This document shows, one piece after another, positions 11,161 to 22,490 of a DNA stretch of 64,000 nucleotides. The stretch is from Camelus dromedarius (lineage: Eukaryota), in contig NC_087464.1 of NCBI RefSeq assembly GCF_036321535.1, positions 24,676,001-24,740,000 of the forward strand, read 5' to 3'. The notes below the pieces were generated by a model. That model ran no database searches. It saw nothing but the letters and a program-made list of their open reading frames with translations, and was not told the DNA's origin. The first letter of the stretch is position 1, and each line of letters opens with the position of its first letter. Both the position numbers and the translations under genes were made by a program.

Positions 11161-11394
11161 CATCAGATTGATCAGAGGGTGTTTGATTGGCAAAGGGAGC
11201 GAGTGAAGACACAGGAGAGAGGGTAGACAAGGATGGAATAGCGTCCCGGCCCCGCGGGTCTCGTGTTGGAGGCCCTGCCTGGGCCCCCTCCACCACTGTG
11301 AGCTGTGAGCCTCTGGAAGGTGGGGAAACCAGCCCCCACGGGGGGACCCCGCCTCCTCCAGCAGGTGCCGTGGAAGAGGGAGGCCCTCTGGAAC

Positions 11395-11570
11395 CAGACA
11401 GTGTAGCTTAAAATCCTGGCTCTGCCTCTTACTAACTGTGTGACCTTAGCAAGTAGCTACTCAGAGTCTCAGTTTCCTTGCCTGTAAAGTGGGGCTAAGC
11501 CGCCCTAGTTCACGAGACTGGGGAGGATCGATGTTCGTGCACCAGCCACTGTCTCTGACACACCAGAGAC
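11395..11570 (+). mobile_element. MIR SINE
   Basis: AATCCTGGCTCTGCCTCTTACTAACTGTGTGACCTTAGCAAGT..CTCAGTTTCCT..CTGTAAAGTGGGG. Confidence 0.85.
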
Positions 11571-13039
11571 AATCCGTGAATGTGAGGTTCCCTCCTCCCT
11601 GTCCCAAGCCACTCGCAGCCCAGCTACTTCCCAGACTTGGTCTTGGAAAATAAAGAGAAAAGAATCTTGGACACAAACTTGACCCACATTCAGGGCCAAG
11701 TCTCTTGTCTCTCAGGAAGGGAAGAGGGGCAGTTCGAGGGAATCGCTCAGCCAGCTGACCCGGGCTTGGCCAGATGCGTTGTTTGGGAAGCTCCCAGCAA
11801 AGGAAGGATCCTGCGATTCCTTCTTCCAATGAGATCTTGGCACGAGCCCTCTGGCCACCTGAACTCTGAAAGCTTTGGTCAAAACAGAAATTCCTAGCCT
11901 GTTTTGTCTGGGTTCTTGTTCTGGGGGGCAGCATGGTAGTATTGTGGTGTTCTGGGGTTGTCTGGAATTGTCAGCGAGGCATCAACCTTTCACCTCCGGA
12001 GACCTTCAAGGAGAAGGTTTCTCCTCTGACTGCTGAGAACCCACAGAGATGGACAGTGCCCAGCACAAAGGAAGGTGTGGCGGGGATCAGAGCACATGGC
12101 CCATCCGTGGGGAGGGAGATTGAGAGGCAGTGCCCAGCATCACCGTACTTGTGGGGCCATCTGCACAGAACACCTGCCTCCTGCAATCAGCCTCTCGGGC
12201 TGGGACTCAGAGGCACCCTGTTCTAAGCATCATCTCCCCAACCTGTTGTTTAGAAAAGATAAAGTGGATCTATTTCCCTGGCGTTTCCCTTTCAAAGCTG
12301 GCAGAGTGGCTGCAACCCCTGCTTTACACTCAGTCGGGAAAGCATTTCATCATTTTCTAGGACAAAAATCCTATGAAAGGGACAAACCAGGCTAGTCTTT
12401 CATCATAGGAGATCAGCTCAGCAGGCCAGGGAGGGGGAGAAGCCATCTGTCCTGGGGAGTGAATCAAAATATCAAAGCCACCTCCTGCAATTATTTAAAT
12501 TAAATATTACGTTTCATTGAATGTAAGATATATAATTAATAAAGGGCCCCCACCTTTTTTATAGTCTTAGATGAGCTGCAAAGAGATCATTACCAGGACA
12601 GACTTCTCCCACAGTGCCCCACAGTGTGTGCTTGTGGGCTGATACATGCATATGTGTGTGTGTGCAAGGGAATGTGTGTGCCTGAGTGTTTCTGAGAACT
12701 TGTGGCTAAGAAGGCATCTACTACAAAAGCCCACCTACGCCAGCTTAAGTAAAAGGGAGCTTATTTTTAGGAATTGGGAACAACTCACTGTAGCAGACGA
12801 GGTGGTCAGTTTCCCTCCCCTGGCAGAGTCTGCACCTTCCGATTGGACCAGAATACCCCCTCACTGACAGCCACAGCCCACTGGACCAGGACATCTGACC
12901 CATGCAGCATCGGTTGGCTTCTTAATCCCAGAAATTTGATTTGGGACGCAGACGTGTGAAGCAGGTCTTGGTGGAGGTATACCAGGAGGACGCGTCTCAG
13001 AGACACGGGTCAGTGTTTGAATTGTGTAGCACCTTAGCA

Positions 13040-13175
13040 CGGTGGTTCTCAAACTTTTGCATGCCAAAGGATCACACGGGGCGTCTGTTAAAAATGCCAT
13101 TTCCTTGGCTCCATCCCCAGGGATGCAGGGCTCTGAATTTTTAACAAATGCTCCAAATGATTTGAATGCAGGTAT
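13040..13175 (+). mobile_element. MER5A/B-like MITE
   Basis: CGGTGGTTCTCAAACTTT.GCATGC..GGATCAC..TGTTAAAAATGC..TTTAACAA. Confidence 0.7.
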
Positions 13176-14984
13176 TTCAGCGAGAGGAAAGGGAAGCAGA
13201 TAAGCGATAAGAGGCCTTAGCTGCCCCCAGAGGGAGGGGGGAAAAAGGAGGAAAAGAGCTGCTTTGGTTGACGATGGCTTCCTTTTTCTGTTCCAGTTGC
13301 TTGGAAGGCCCTTCTGCCTTTCTCGTCCTTGTATTTTGTGGATACCTTTGATTTCTAAGATGCCCCAAGTTGGTTTCTGTTTCTTGCTACCAACGAATTC
13401 CTAAAAGCATCTGTGCGTATGGAGCCCAAGGGCATGTGACCATCTGGTCCCATTAGCCATAGCTGGAGGGAGAGGGGGCAGGACCGCCTGCTACAGACAC
13501 AGCCACCTTGACCCACCTCTTCGACTGGTACGGTAGCAGGTCCTTTCTAAGAAGGGATGTGTCCAAACACATACGCCGCAGGAGACTTCTCTGAGAGGGT
13601 GTGAGAGACTGTGGGCGTTTGTGTGCCTGTGTGTGCTTGCGTGTGCCCAGTGCTGGTCTGCCGCCTGTGACTCCCGGCTTCGGTATGTTCTCAGAGACAA
13701 GAGTATAATTGTGAGTGGGTGTGTGTTACCGAATCAGCCTGTGCACATGAGTGGGAGAGAACTCAGCCAAGCTGCATTCTAGGTTATAATTGTCCACGTT
13801 AGAGACTCATTAACTGTATCACTACATCTACTCATAATACACCAGAGCGTATTTAGAAATGAGCTTCTTAAAGAGACAGAACACAGAGCCCTGTTATTTG
13901 GGGCAAGGTGAAGAGGGGATACCATCTAGAAAGGTGAGATGTACCCAGAATACCTGGGGCTGGGCAGAGATAGACCCCAGGGGTCTGCAGGGTCTACCCT
14001 GGACATCCCCAGCAGGCAGCAGGTTCAGTCTGCATGGTTTCAGAATCTGGCTCCAGAGCCAGGAGATAACACGGACACAGTGCGCCTGGTGAGAAGTCCC
14101 CAGGGAGCTGAGAGCTCAGTCAGTGATCAGAAGAAGAGTTCTGGTGCTGTCTCAACAGGATGACTTTTACCTACCCTCATGAGACTCTTGCAGCATCCTA
14201 AGGGCACTTCTACATCTGTGACAGTCACCGTAATTAATGTTTCATTACACAACAGCAAAGAAGAGAAAATCTCTCCTTCCCACAGACGCCCTTGCCCCCC
14301 AGCACTTTATCTGTATCTCTCTGCTGCCATGTATCACTTTCTATCTCATGCCATAGCATGTGCACTTCCACCTGCAAGCCCTCTGGAGGACACCCCCAGC
14401 CCCTCACCATTGCCCCTCAGATTCCCTTTTGCACTGCCCGTCCCCCAGTTTCGGTGTCCTTTGCTACCAATTGTTTGCAGCTGTGACCTTCTTCAGAGGC
14501 TTGCCCTTGGGCTCCTGGAGCTGCCCCAGACATCACACAATCAGAGCTACAGGTCTGGGAGTGCCTCCCCACCCCCTCCCCCCCTCCCCACCCCTCCCCA
14601 CCCTCCAGCAATGACTGCCTGGTACAGGGTTAAAAAGCCCACCTCTCTTGCCTGAGCAGATGCAAACTCTCACTTGCGATTTGTATTCCGGAGCTTCCCA
14701 GATATGGACTTCAACTGAAATCCTTCCTTTCACTGACCTCTTGCCCTTCTGATGCTGCTTCCCACACCCCCTTACTGATTTCTCCTTGGAGCACTTTCCT
14801 AACAAACCCCTTGCTCTTGGATCCTTGCCTGAGAAACTGCTTCTCAGAGAATCCTATTCCCAGCACCCAGCTCTGCCCGCAGCCCCAGGAAAGGCAACGC
14901 TGCATACCACAGGACTTCACCTCCCTGGCCACAGCTAATTCGATCAGGTTGCTTCCTAATCCACACAGAGCCCATTAAATTCCC

Positions 14985-15090
14985 AAAATGGATAACCATT
15001 TTAAATGTAAGACCTAAAACTATAAAACTCTTAGAAGAATACATAGGAGTTAATTTCCTCAACCTTGGGTTGGACAGTGGTTCCTGCCTG
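14985..15090 (+). mobile_element. L1 ORF2 fragment
   Basis: AAATGTAAGACCTAAAACTATAAAACTCTTAGAAGAA.ACATAGGAG. Confidence 0.8.
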
Positions 15091-15107
15091 TCTTAGGAAG
15101 CTCCTTA

Positions 15108-15460
15108 GTGTAGAGTCAGCTTGGGCTGCCACAGCAAAGCATCACAGATGGAGCGGCTTAAACAACAGACGTTTGTTTCTCACTGCTCTGGAAGGTGGGG
15201 AGTCTAAGATCAAGGTGCTGGCTGATTTGGTTCCTGGTCATAGCCTTCCTCCTGGCTTGTAGACAGCCGATTTCTCACTGTGTCCTCCCATGGCAGACAG
15301 AGCAAATTCTCTGGAGTCTGTTATAAGGGCACGAATCCCATCTTGAGGACCCCACCCTCACGACCTTATCTTCTAAACATCCCGTCTCCAAATACCATCA
15401 CACTGGGGGTTTGGGCTTCAATACATTGATTTGGGGGAACATGATTCATATGCCAGTAAG
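15108..15460 (-). mobile_element. MLT1A-like solo LTR
   Basis: GGCTTAAACAACAGA..TTTCTCAC.G.TCTGGA.G.TGGG.AGTCTAAGATCAAGGTGCTGGC..ATACCATCACACTGGGGGTT.GGGCTTCAA. Confidence 0.85.
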
Positions 15461-15464
15461 TACA

Positions 15465-15900
15465 TGACCACAGGAATCTCAAATTTGACATGTCTAAAAT
15501 GTAATTAATGTTCCCCACCCCACCCCACCTTCACAACCACCACAGACCTACAGCTCTGATGGTCCCTGTCATCCTTACACTTAATGAGACCTCCATCTTC
15601 CCCAATTCTTAAGCAGACAGCTAAAGTATCCTCAGACCCTCCATCTTCCTCACCCCACATAAAATCCGTTAACAGATTATTTTATTTCACATTTAATAAA
15701 TCTAGTATCTTCACACCCAGGGCTCTAGTCACACTGAATCATTTGTAGTTCCTAAGATTAACCAGGGTTTCCCCCCCAACTCTGGGCTTTAGTACACATT
15801 CCTAACCTCTCTTTGGAGTGCTTCTTCCTACCTCATCCACCTAAAGAGCTCATATTCATCCTCCAAAACCCAACCCAGTATCGTCCTTCCTGGGAAGCAT
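15465..15900 (+). mobile_element. L2 fragment
   Basis: ATCTCAAATTTGACATGTCTAAAA..CATCTTCCCCAATT..ATCCTCAGACCCTCCATCTTCCTCACCCCACAT. Confidence 0.7.
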
Positions 15901-17169
15901 CTTCCATCATCCGCAGCAGATTTCCTGCTTCTTTGAAACACTGGGTATCAGCTGCTGGACTCTGGCCCACATGCTTACCTTCCCTGGCTCTCCCAGCTCT
16001 CTCTGCAGCCTCAGGCCCAGAGAAGGGGGAGGAGATAACGCAAATCTAGAAGACCTTCTGCCCCTCCTTCACCTGGGTACCTGTCCTGCACCCGTCTTCC
16101 CTCACCTTTCTCTGCTTCATGGGCTGTGTTTCCCAGATTCGTGTGTCATCTGGTTCCTGACGTTTGGCCACTGAGGAGCGCTGGCAGGAAACTGAGTCGA
16201 GGCTGGGGAGCCAGTCTGTTTCTCCCCCCGCCTCTGCTTTAACTGCATCCTGGCAGTTGCTGTGTCTCGTCCATCCCCCCGGTTCCTGGCAGACAAGCCC
16301 ACTTGGTTCAAACTCTTACTGGGCACCGTCCAGCCCAGGGATGGCAGTACTTTCTGCGTCTGTTACTCTTTGGATTGTCTCTCTGTCGAGTTTGACTTCT
16401 TGGCCCTTCTATCACCTGGTTAAGAAATCCCCTTCATTGACGTCCCTCCTTTCAAATATTCAAGTGGGTTCTATTTCCTGGTTAGAGTATCACTGATCCA
16501 GCCCTGAATGAGGAAGAGCTTCGCTGTCGGGTGGAGACAGGAGTCTGGAGCCTTGGGAGCACAGGGGAGAGGACTGGATTAGAGACCCATCCTGGAGAGT
16601 CACTGACGTAGTGGTGGAGGATAAAACCATGAGAACAGCGAGACGGATTACATAGCTGATAGGAAGCTCACCATGCATGAAGCAACCCATCCCAAATTAG
16701 TGAAAAATACTTGTTTAAAATTCATTGAAATCTGCCTCGCTTTAACAAGCACCAACTGTCACCGTAGATCAAATCTAATTTTTTCCACCGGCCAGTCCTG
16801 CCAGTTTTCAGTGAGATATACCCTGCTTCCTTCTATATCTTCTTTACTATGATGTCTCCAAATCTTTCCACGTACTCTTGACGGGGAAGTTTTTTGGGGC
16901 CCTCACCCTCCTGACCTGCTTGCTCTCCTCTGGACATGCTCCCATTTAGCAGTGTCCTTGAAGACAGGCCTCTAGGGTGGAACACAGGTCCTCTCACCTT
17001 CCTTGCTGCAGACACTAACCCGCTACTGATGCACCCAAGACTGAATTCCTGTTTGGAGCTGTGAGCCCAGCTTCTGGCTCATAGTGGATTTGCAGACGTG
17101 CCACGGAACAGGAGACAGAAGAAGTCTTCCATTTGAGCTAAACTTTCCCATTTCTGTCCATAGTTGTTG

Positions 17170-18030
17170 GTTGAATAGCTCAACATGCATTCCAATCTCC
17201 TCCTTGACCACCTCCGCTCTAGAGGCTGAAAAAATGAAATACTTTCTTTCCTAGCTTTCTCTGAACCTGGATCTGACCAATTAAATATGAATGCAGATAA
17301 GTTCATTTGTCTTTTTAGTTTTTAGATTTCACCTATAAGTGATATCATATGGTATTTTTCTTTCTCTTTCTGGCTTACTTCACATAGAATGATGATCTCT
17401 AGGTCCATCCATGTTGCTGCAAATGGCATTATTGTATTCTTTTTTATGGCTTAGTAGTATTCCATTGTATAAATATACCATGTGAACTTATTTACAAAAC
17501 ATAAACAGACTCACAGACATAGAAAACAAACGTATGATTACCAGATAGGGAAGGAGGTAAGAAGGGATAAATTGGAAGTTCGAGATTTGCAGGTACTAAG
17601 TACTATATATAAAATAGATAAACAGCGAGTTTATAGTGTATAGCAGAGGGAACTATATTCAATATCTTGTAGTGACCTATAATGAAAAAAGAATATGAAT
17701 ACTAATATGTGTATGTGTATGTATGATTGAACTATTATGCTGTACACCAGAAATTGACACAACATTGTAAACTGACTATACTTCAATTAAAAAAATATGG
17801 ATGCAAATCTGTTGGGAGCTTCTGAGAAAGCTTTTACCTTCCTAATAAAAGGGACAGGTGTCTTGGAGCCACCCCTTCCTGGTCCTGTCTGCCTTTAACA
17901 CGGTCATAATGTGACTCTAAGAGAAATGCCTAGAGCATCTCAGAGAGACTGGCCTTGACGTTATTGGGCTGTCTAGCCAATGCTGACAACCACCTACCTC
18001 TGGACTTCTTCTTGTATTAGCAAAAATGTC
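17170..18030 (+). mobile_element. Old MLT1 (I/J/K-like) LTR interrupted by an L1
   Basis: TCTGACCAAT..[L1]..GGGAGCTTCTGAGAAAGCTTTT.CCTTCCTAATAAAAGGGACAG..CCACCTACCTCTGGACTTCTT. Confidence 0.6.
17299..17792 (+). mobile_element. 5'-inverted (twin-primed) truncated L1
   Basis: An antisense ORF2 C-terminal piece (17299-17480) is followed by the sense 3'UTR and A-tail. TSD AAATATGAATGCAGAT (17283-17298) / AAATATGGATGCAAAT (17793-17808), 14/16. Confidence 0.85.
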
Positions 18031-18032
18031 TA

Positions 18033-18195
18033 GGGGGAGGGGACAGCCGAGGGATGGAGTGCCTGCTTAGCATGCACAAGGTCCTGGATCCAATCCCCAG
18101 TTCCTCCATTAAAAAATAATAATAATAATTTAAAAATAAATAAATAAACCTAATTACCTCCCCCAAAACAAAAACAAACAAAAAAAGCGAAAAAA
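18033..18195 (+). mobile_element. Vic-1-like camelid tRNA-derived SINE
   Basis: GGGGGAGGGGACAGC..GCTTAGCATGCACAAGGTCCTGGATCCAATCCCCAG..AAATAAATAAACCTAATTACCTCCCCC. Confidence 0.85.
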
Positions 18196-18219
18196 AAAGT
18201 CTGAACCAACACACTGCAG

Positions 18220-19100
18220 AAAAACATTTTCAATTTATATCACAAAGAGTTAATATCCCTAATATTTAATAGAGTTTCTAAAATAGAGAAATCAACAACT
18301 GTTTAGGAAAGTAAGTAGGAGACGTGAACAGACCACTAACAGAAAAGAAGCGCAGGTGAGTGGCTCTTTGCTGTGTGAAAAGATGGTCAGCCTTGCCCGT
18401 AGTAAGAGGAACGCAAACTGAGATTTCATCCTCGCCCATTATGACGGCAAAAATTCAAATTTTGACAACATACTCTGTTAGTGAAGCTCTGGGAAATGGA
18501 CACTTTCATAATTTGGTGGTGGGAATGCAAAATTGTACAACCCCTATGAATTTGGCAAAATTATCTATACATTCACTCTTCAACCCAGAAATCCCATTTC
18601 TAGGAATACATTCCAAGGATAAAATAGTAAGAATACAAAAAGATATGCGTGCAAACCTGTTCATTACAGACCTATCTGTAAGCACAAAAGCCCCCCACAA
18701 TAGGAGATTGTTCAATAGACCATGATTTATTTACATTATGGAATTATACGCAGCTATAAAAGGAATAAGAACCATTTCTATACACTACCAAGGAGTGGTT
18801 TCCAAGATATATTTTAAGTAAATAAAGCAAGATGGTAAAAAGTGTGTATAGTGTGTTACCATTTATATAAAGGGGGTGGGAAACAATTGTATTTTTCATG
18901 TAAATATAAATCATAGCTTTTTCATTTAAAAAATGATCACCTAAAAAGAGAGGGAGGGAAATAGTAGCGGGGACATGGGTAGAAACTGGACTTCTTCGGA
19001 TGTCCCTTGTTTTGTAGATTTGACTGTGGAGCCATGTAAATGTTTCCCACAATTATAAAATAAAATTTTATTTTAATCTCTAGAAATGAAAACTAAAATG
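18220..19100 (+). mobile_element. Old L1M (MC/ME-like) ORF2 end and 3'UTR
   Basis: TGTGTGAAAAGATG.TCAGCC..ATGCAAAATTGTACAACC..CAGAAATCCCATTTCTAGGAAT..GGAATTATACGCAGCTATAAAA. Confidence 0.75.
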
Positions 19101-19813
19101 AAACAAAACAAAATAAGCCTCTGCTCTATTAAAAAGATTTCTGATATTAAGTCAACCTTGCATTCCTGGGATGAATACAATCTGATAATAATGCATTATC
19201 TTTTTTAACCCAGTGTGGGAGTCTGTTTACTACTGTTTTGTTGAGGATTTCTGCTTTTTCGACCTATACTTTCCATCTCATACTGTCCTTTTTTTAAAGG
19301 TCATATGAGTCATATTAACAAAAAGAAAAGAAAAACCATATCATCATCTCAATAGATGCCCCAGAAAAGCATTTGACAAGACCCAGTATCCTTTTATGCT
19401 TAAAAAAAAAAAAAAAAGATCTCTCAGCAAAATAGGAATAGAAGAGAGTTCTTCAACTTGATGAAGAAAATCTATGAAAAACCTACAGCTAATATCATGT
19501 AACGATGATGGGCAGAAAGCGTTCCCCCCACCTAAGATCAGGAACAAGGCAAGGATGCCTGCCTTTCTACTTACTTTAGTCAACACTATGTTGGAGGTCC
19601 TAGCCAGTGCAATTAGGCAAGAAAAAGAAATGAAAGGCATTTCATTATTTGCAGAGGACTATCACCTATGTAGAAAATCTAATAAAATTTACCCAAAAAG
19701 CTGCTAGAATTAATAAGCAAGTTTGCCCAATTGCAAGATACAAGATCAATATACCAAAAAAAATCAATTACGTTTCTAGAGATCAGCAATGAACAATCAG
19801 AAGCTGAATTTTT

Positions 19814-20007
19814 TTTAACATTTTTTTATTGAGTTATAGTTATTTTACAATGTTGTGTCAAATTCCAGTGTAGAGCACAATTTTTCAGTTATACATGAAC
19901 ATACACATATTCATTGTCACATTTTTTTTTTGCTGTGAGCTACCACAAGGTCTTGTATATATTTCCCTGTGCTATACAGTATAATCTTGTTTATATACAT
20001 TCTGCAT
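19814..20007 (-). mobile_element. Short younger L1 3' end
   Basis: T-tail, TTTACAATGTTGTGTCAAATT..TTTCCCTGTGCTATACAG, and TSD AGAAGCTGAA(A)TTTTT at about 19799 and 20008. Confidence 0.8.
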
Positions 20008-20969
20008 AGAAGCTGAAATTTTTAAAATACCTATTACAACAGCAAACACAAATATGAAACACTTAGGGACAAACCTGACAAAATATATGAAAGATCTAAA
20101 CACTGGAAACTACAAAACATCGCTGAGAAAAATTAAAGATCTTAAATGGAGAGATACACCGTGTTCTTGGGCTGGAAGACTTAGTAAGTTACTTCTCCCC
20201 AAATTAGTGTATAGATTCAAAGAAATCCCAATCAAAATACCAGAAGAATTTTTTTTGTAGAAATTGATAAGCTGATTCTAAAATAATATTGAAACATGAA
20301 AAACTTAGAGGAGCCAAAACAAAGTTGTAAAGGAAGAAACAAGTGGGAGGACTAACTGCCTAATTTTAGAACTTACTAAAAAGCTGTAGTTAGCAAGGTA
20401 AGTATCGCTGTAAAGACAAAAATATCAATAAAACAGAAAATAGACTCTAGACATAGATCCACACGTGGACCATTGATTTTCAGCAACGGTGCAAAGGCGT
20501 TTTCAATGGTACAGGAACAACTGACTCTCTATATGCAAGAAAATGAACTTTGATTCATACCTTGCAGTGTTTACAAATATTAACTCGAGATGAATCATAG
20601 ATCTAAATGTAAACAGTACAACTATAAAATTTTTAGAAGAAAACATAGGGGGAAATCATCGTGACCTTAGGTGAAGCAAAGATTTCTTAGATATAACACT
20701 GAAAGTACAATCTATAAAAGAAAAATTGATAAATTGGATTAAACATTTTTTTAAATTAAAAATGTTCTGCTCTTTCAAACATACTGTTAGGAGAATAAAA
20801 GACAAACCACAGACTGGAAGGAAATACCTGTAACTCATTTATCTGTTAAAAGACATGAATACAGAATATACACAAAAATTCTCAAAACTAAATAAGAAAA
20901 CAAATAACCTAATTTAAAATGGGCAAAACATTTTAAAAGACCAAAGAATACATATGGATAGCAGACAAG

Positions 20970-21106
20970 NNNNNNNNNNNNNNNNNNNNNNNNNNNNNNN
21001 NNNNNNNNNNNNNNNNNNNNNNNNNNNNNNNNNNNNNNNNNNNNNNNNNNNNNNNNNNNNNNNNNNNNNNNNNNNNNNNNNNNNNNNNNNNNNNNNNNNN
21101 NNNNNN
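20970..21106. other. N-run (137 nt)
   Basis: Undetermined bases inside L1 sequence. Confidence 1.
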
Positions 21107-21581
21107 GGTAACTGGAGCTCTCATACACTGCCAATAAGAATGCAAAATAGTGCAACTACTTTGGAAAACAAGTTGTCAGTTTTTTAAAAAGATAAAAATA
21201 GATCTATCACAAGTTTCAGTCTTTCAACTTCTGAGTATTTACCCAAGAGAATGGACTTGTACAGCCAAAGAACTGTAGATGAGTATTCACAGCCGATTTA
21301 TCTGTAATAGGTAAAAACTGTAAATGACTCAATTGTCCATCAACAGATGAACAGAGAAACAAATTTCAGTGTAATTTCAGTGTTCATGCAAGGGAACACT
21401 ACTCAACAATAAAAAGAATGAACTATAGACGGATGCCACACATAAGTGAGCCTCAAAAGAATTATACTGAGTGAAAGAATACAGACAAAAAAGGGTCCAT
21501 ACTGAACGATTCCTTTTATATAATATTCTAGAAAATGCAAACCAATCTATAGTGACAGAAACCAGATCAGTGGTTCCCCGG

Positions 21582-21762
21582 TGTGACAGACAGTCTCTAA
21601 AATGGTTCCCTATAGTTGCCACCTCTGGGAACCAAGAGCGGGCTGGGTCTGGCTACTCATTTCTAATGAACAGAATATGGCAAAAGTGAAGAGATTGCAC
21701 TTCTCAGATGAGGTTATAAAGAAATGATGACTGACTCTCTCCCTCTCCCTCTCCCTCTCCCT

Positions 21763-21813
<51 letters not shown>

Positions 21814-22186
21814 CCTCTCATGAAAACAGCTGCCATGTTGGAAGCTGCCCTAAGGACAGACCCACGTGGCAAAGACCTGAGTGAGATCTCCAACCAACAG
21901 CCAATGAGAAACTAAAGTCCTCAGTTCAACAGCTGATGAGGAACTGAATCCTGGTAAGATTCATATAAGTGAGCTGGGATGCAGCTCTTCCCCAGCCAAG
22001 CTGTGAAAGGAAACCACAACCCTGGCCAGCATCTTGGTTACAACCTTGGGAGAGACCTGGAGGCAGAGGTGCCCAGGTAAGTGGTGCCCAAGATTCCTGA
22101 CCCACAGAAGGTGAGAGATGATAAATGTTGTTTTAAGCTGATACATTTTGGGGCTATTCGTTATGCAGCAATAGACAACTAATACA
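21582..22186 (+). mobile_element. MLT1F/G-like solo LTR
   Basis: Starts TGTGACAGAC..AAAATGG, contains GCTGCCATGTTG..CCCACGTGGCAA.GA.CTGAG, and ends ATGCAGCAATAGACAACTAATACA. Confidence 0.8.
21735..21819 (+). repeat. Compound (CTCTCC)n-(CT)n microsatellite
   Basis: 85 nt of uninterrupted pyrimidines on the + strand. Confidence 0.95.
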
Positions 22187-22286
22187 TTTGTAGGTTGGAG
22201 TTACGGACAAGGGTAGCAGGTGGGAGAGAGGGATTGTAGATGGGCGTGAAGAAACCACTGGGAGTGATGGATATGCTCATTATCTT

Positions 22287-22490
22287 TTTTTTGATGTATA
22301 TATATTTTTATTGAAATAGAGTTTACAGTGTGTCAATTTCTGGTGTACAGCATAATGCTTCAGTCATACATGAACATACATACATATATTTGTTTTCATA
22401 TTCTTTTTCACCATAAGCTACTACAAGATACTGAATATAGTTTCCTGTGCTATACAGTATGAACTTGTTTATCTACTTTATAAATATTAA
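22287..22490 (-). mobile_element. Short younger L1 3' end
   Basis: Perfect 14-bp TSD ATGCTCATTATCTT at 22273-22286 and 22491-22504, with L1 3'UTR phrase AATTTCTGGTGTACAGCATAATG. Confidence 0.85.

Noticed and set aside
19344-20260. ORFs resembling reverse transcriptase
   Set aside because: Fragments of decayed L1 ORF2 with stops and frameshifts, not a functional gene.
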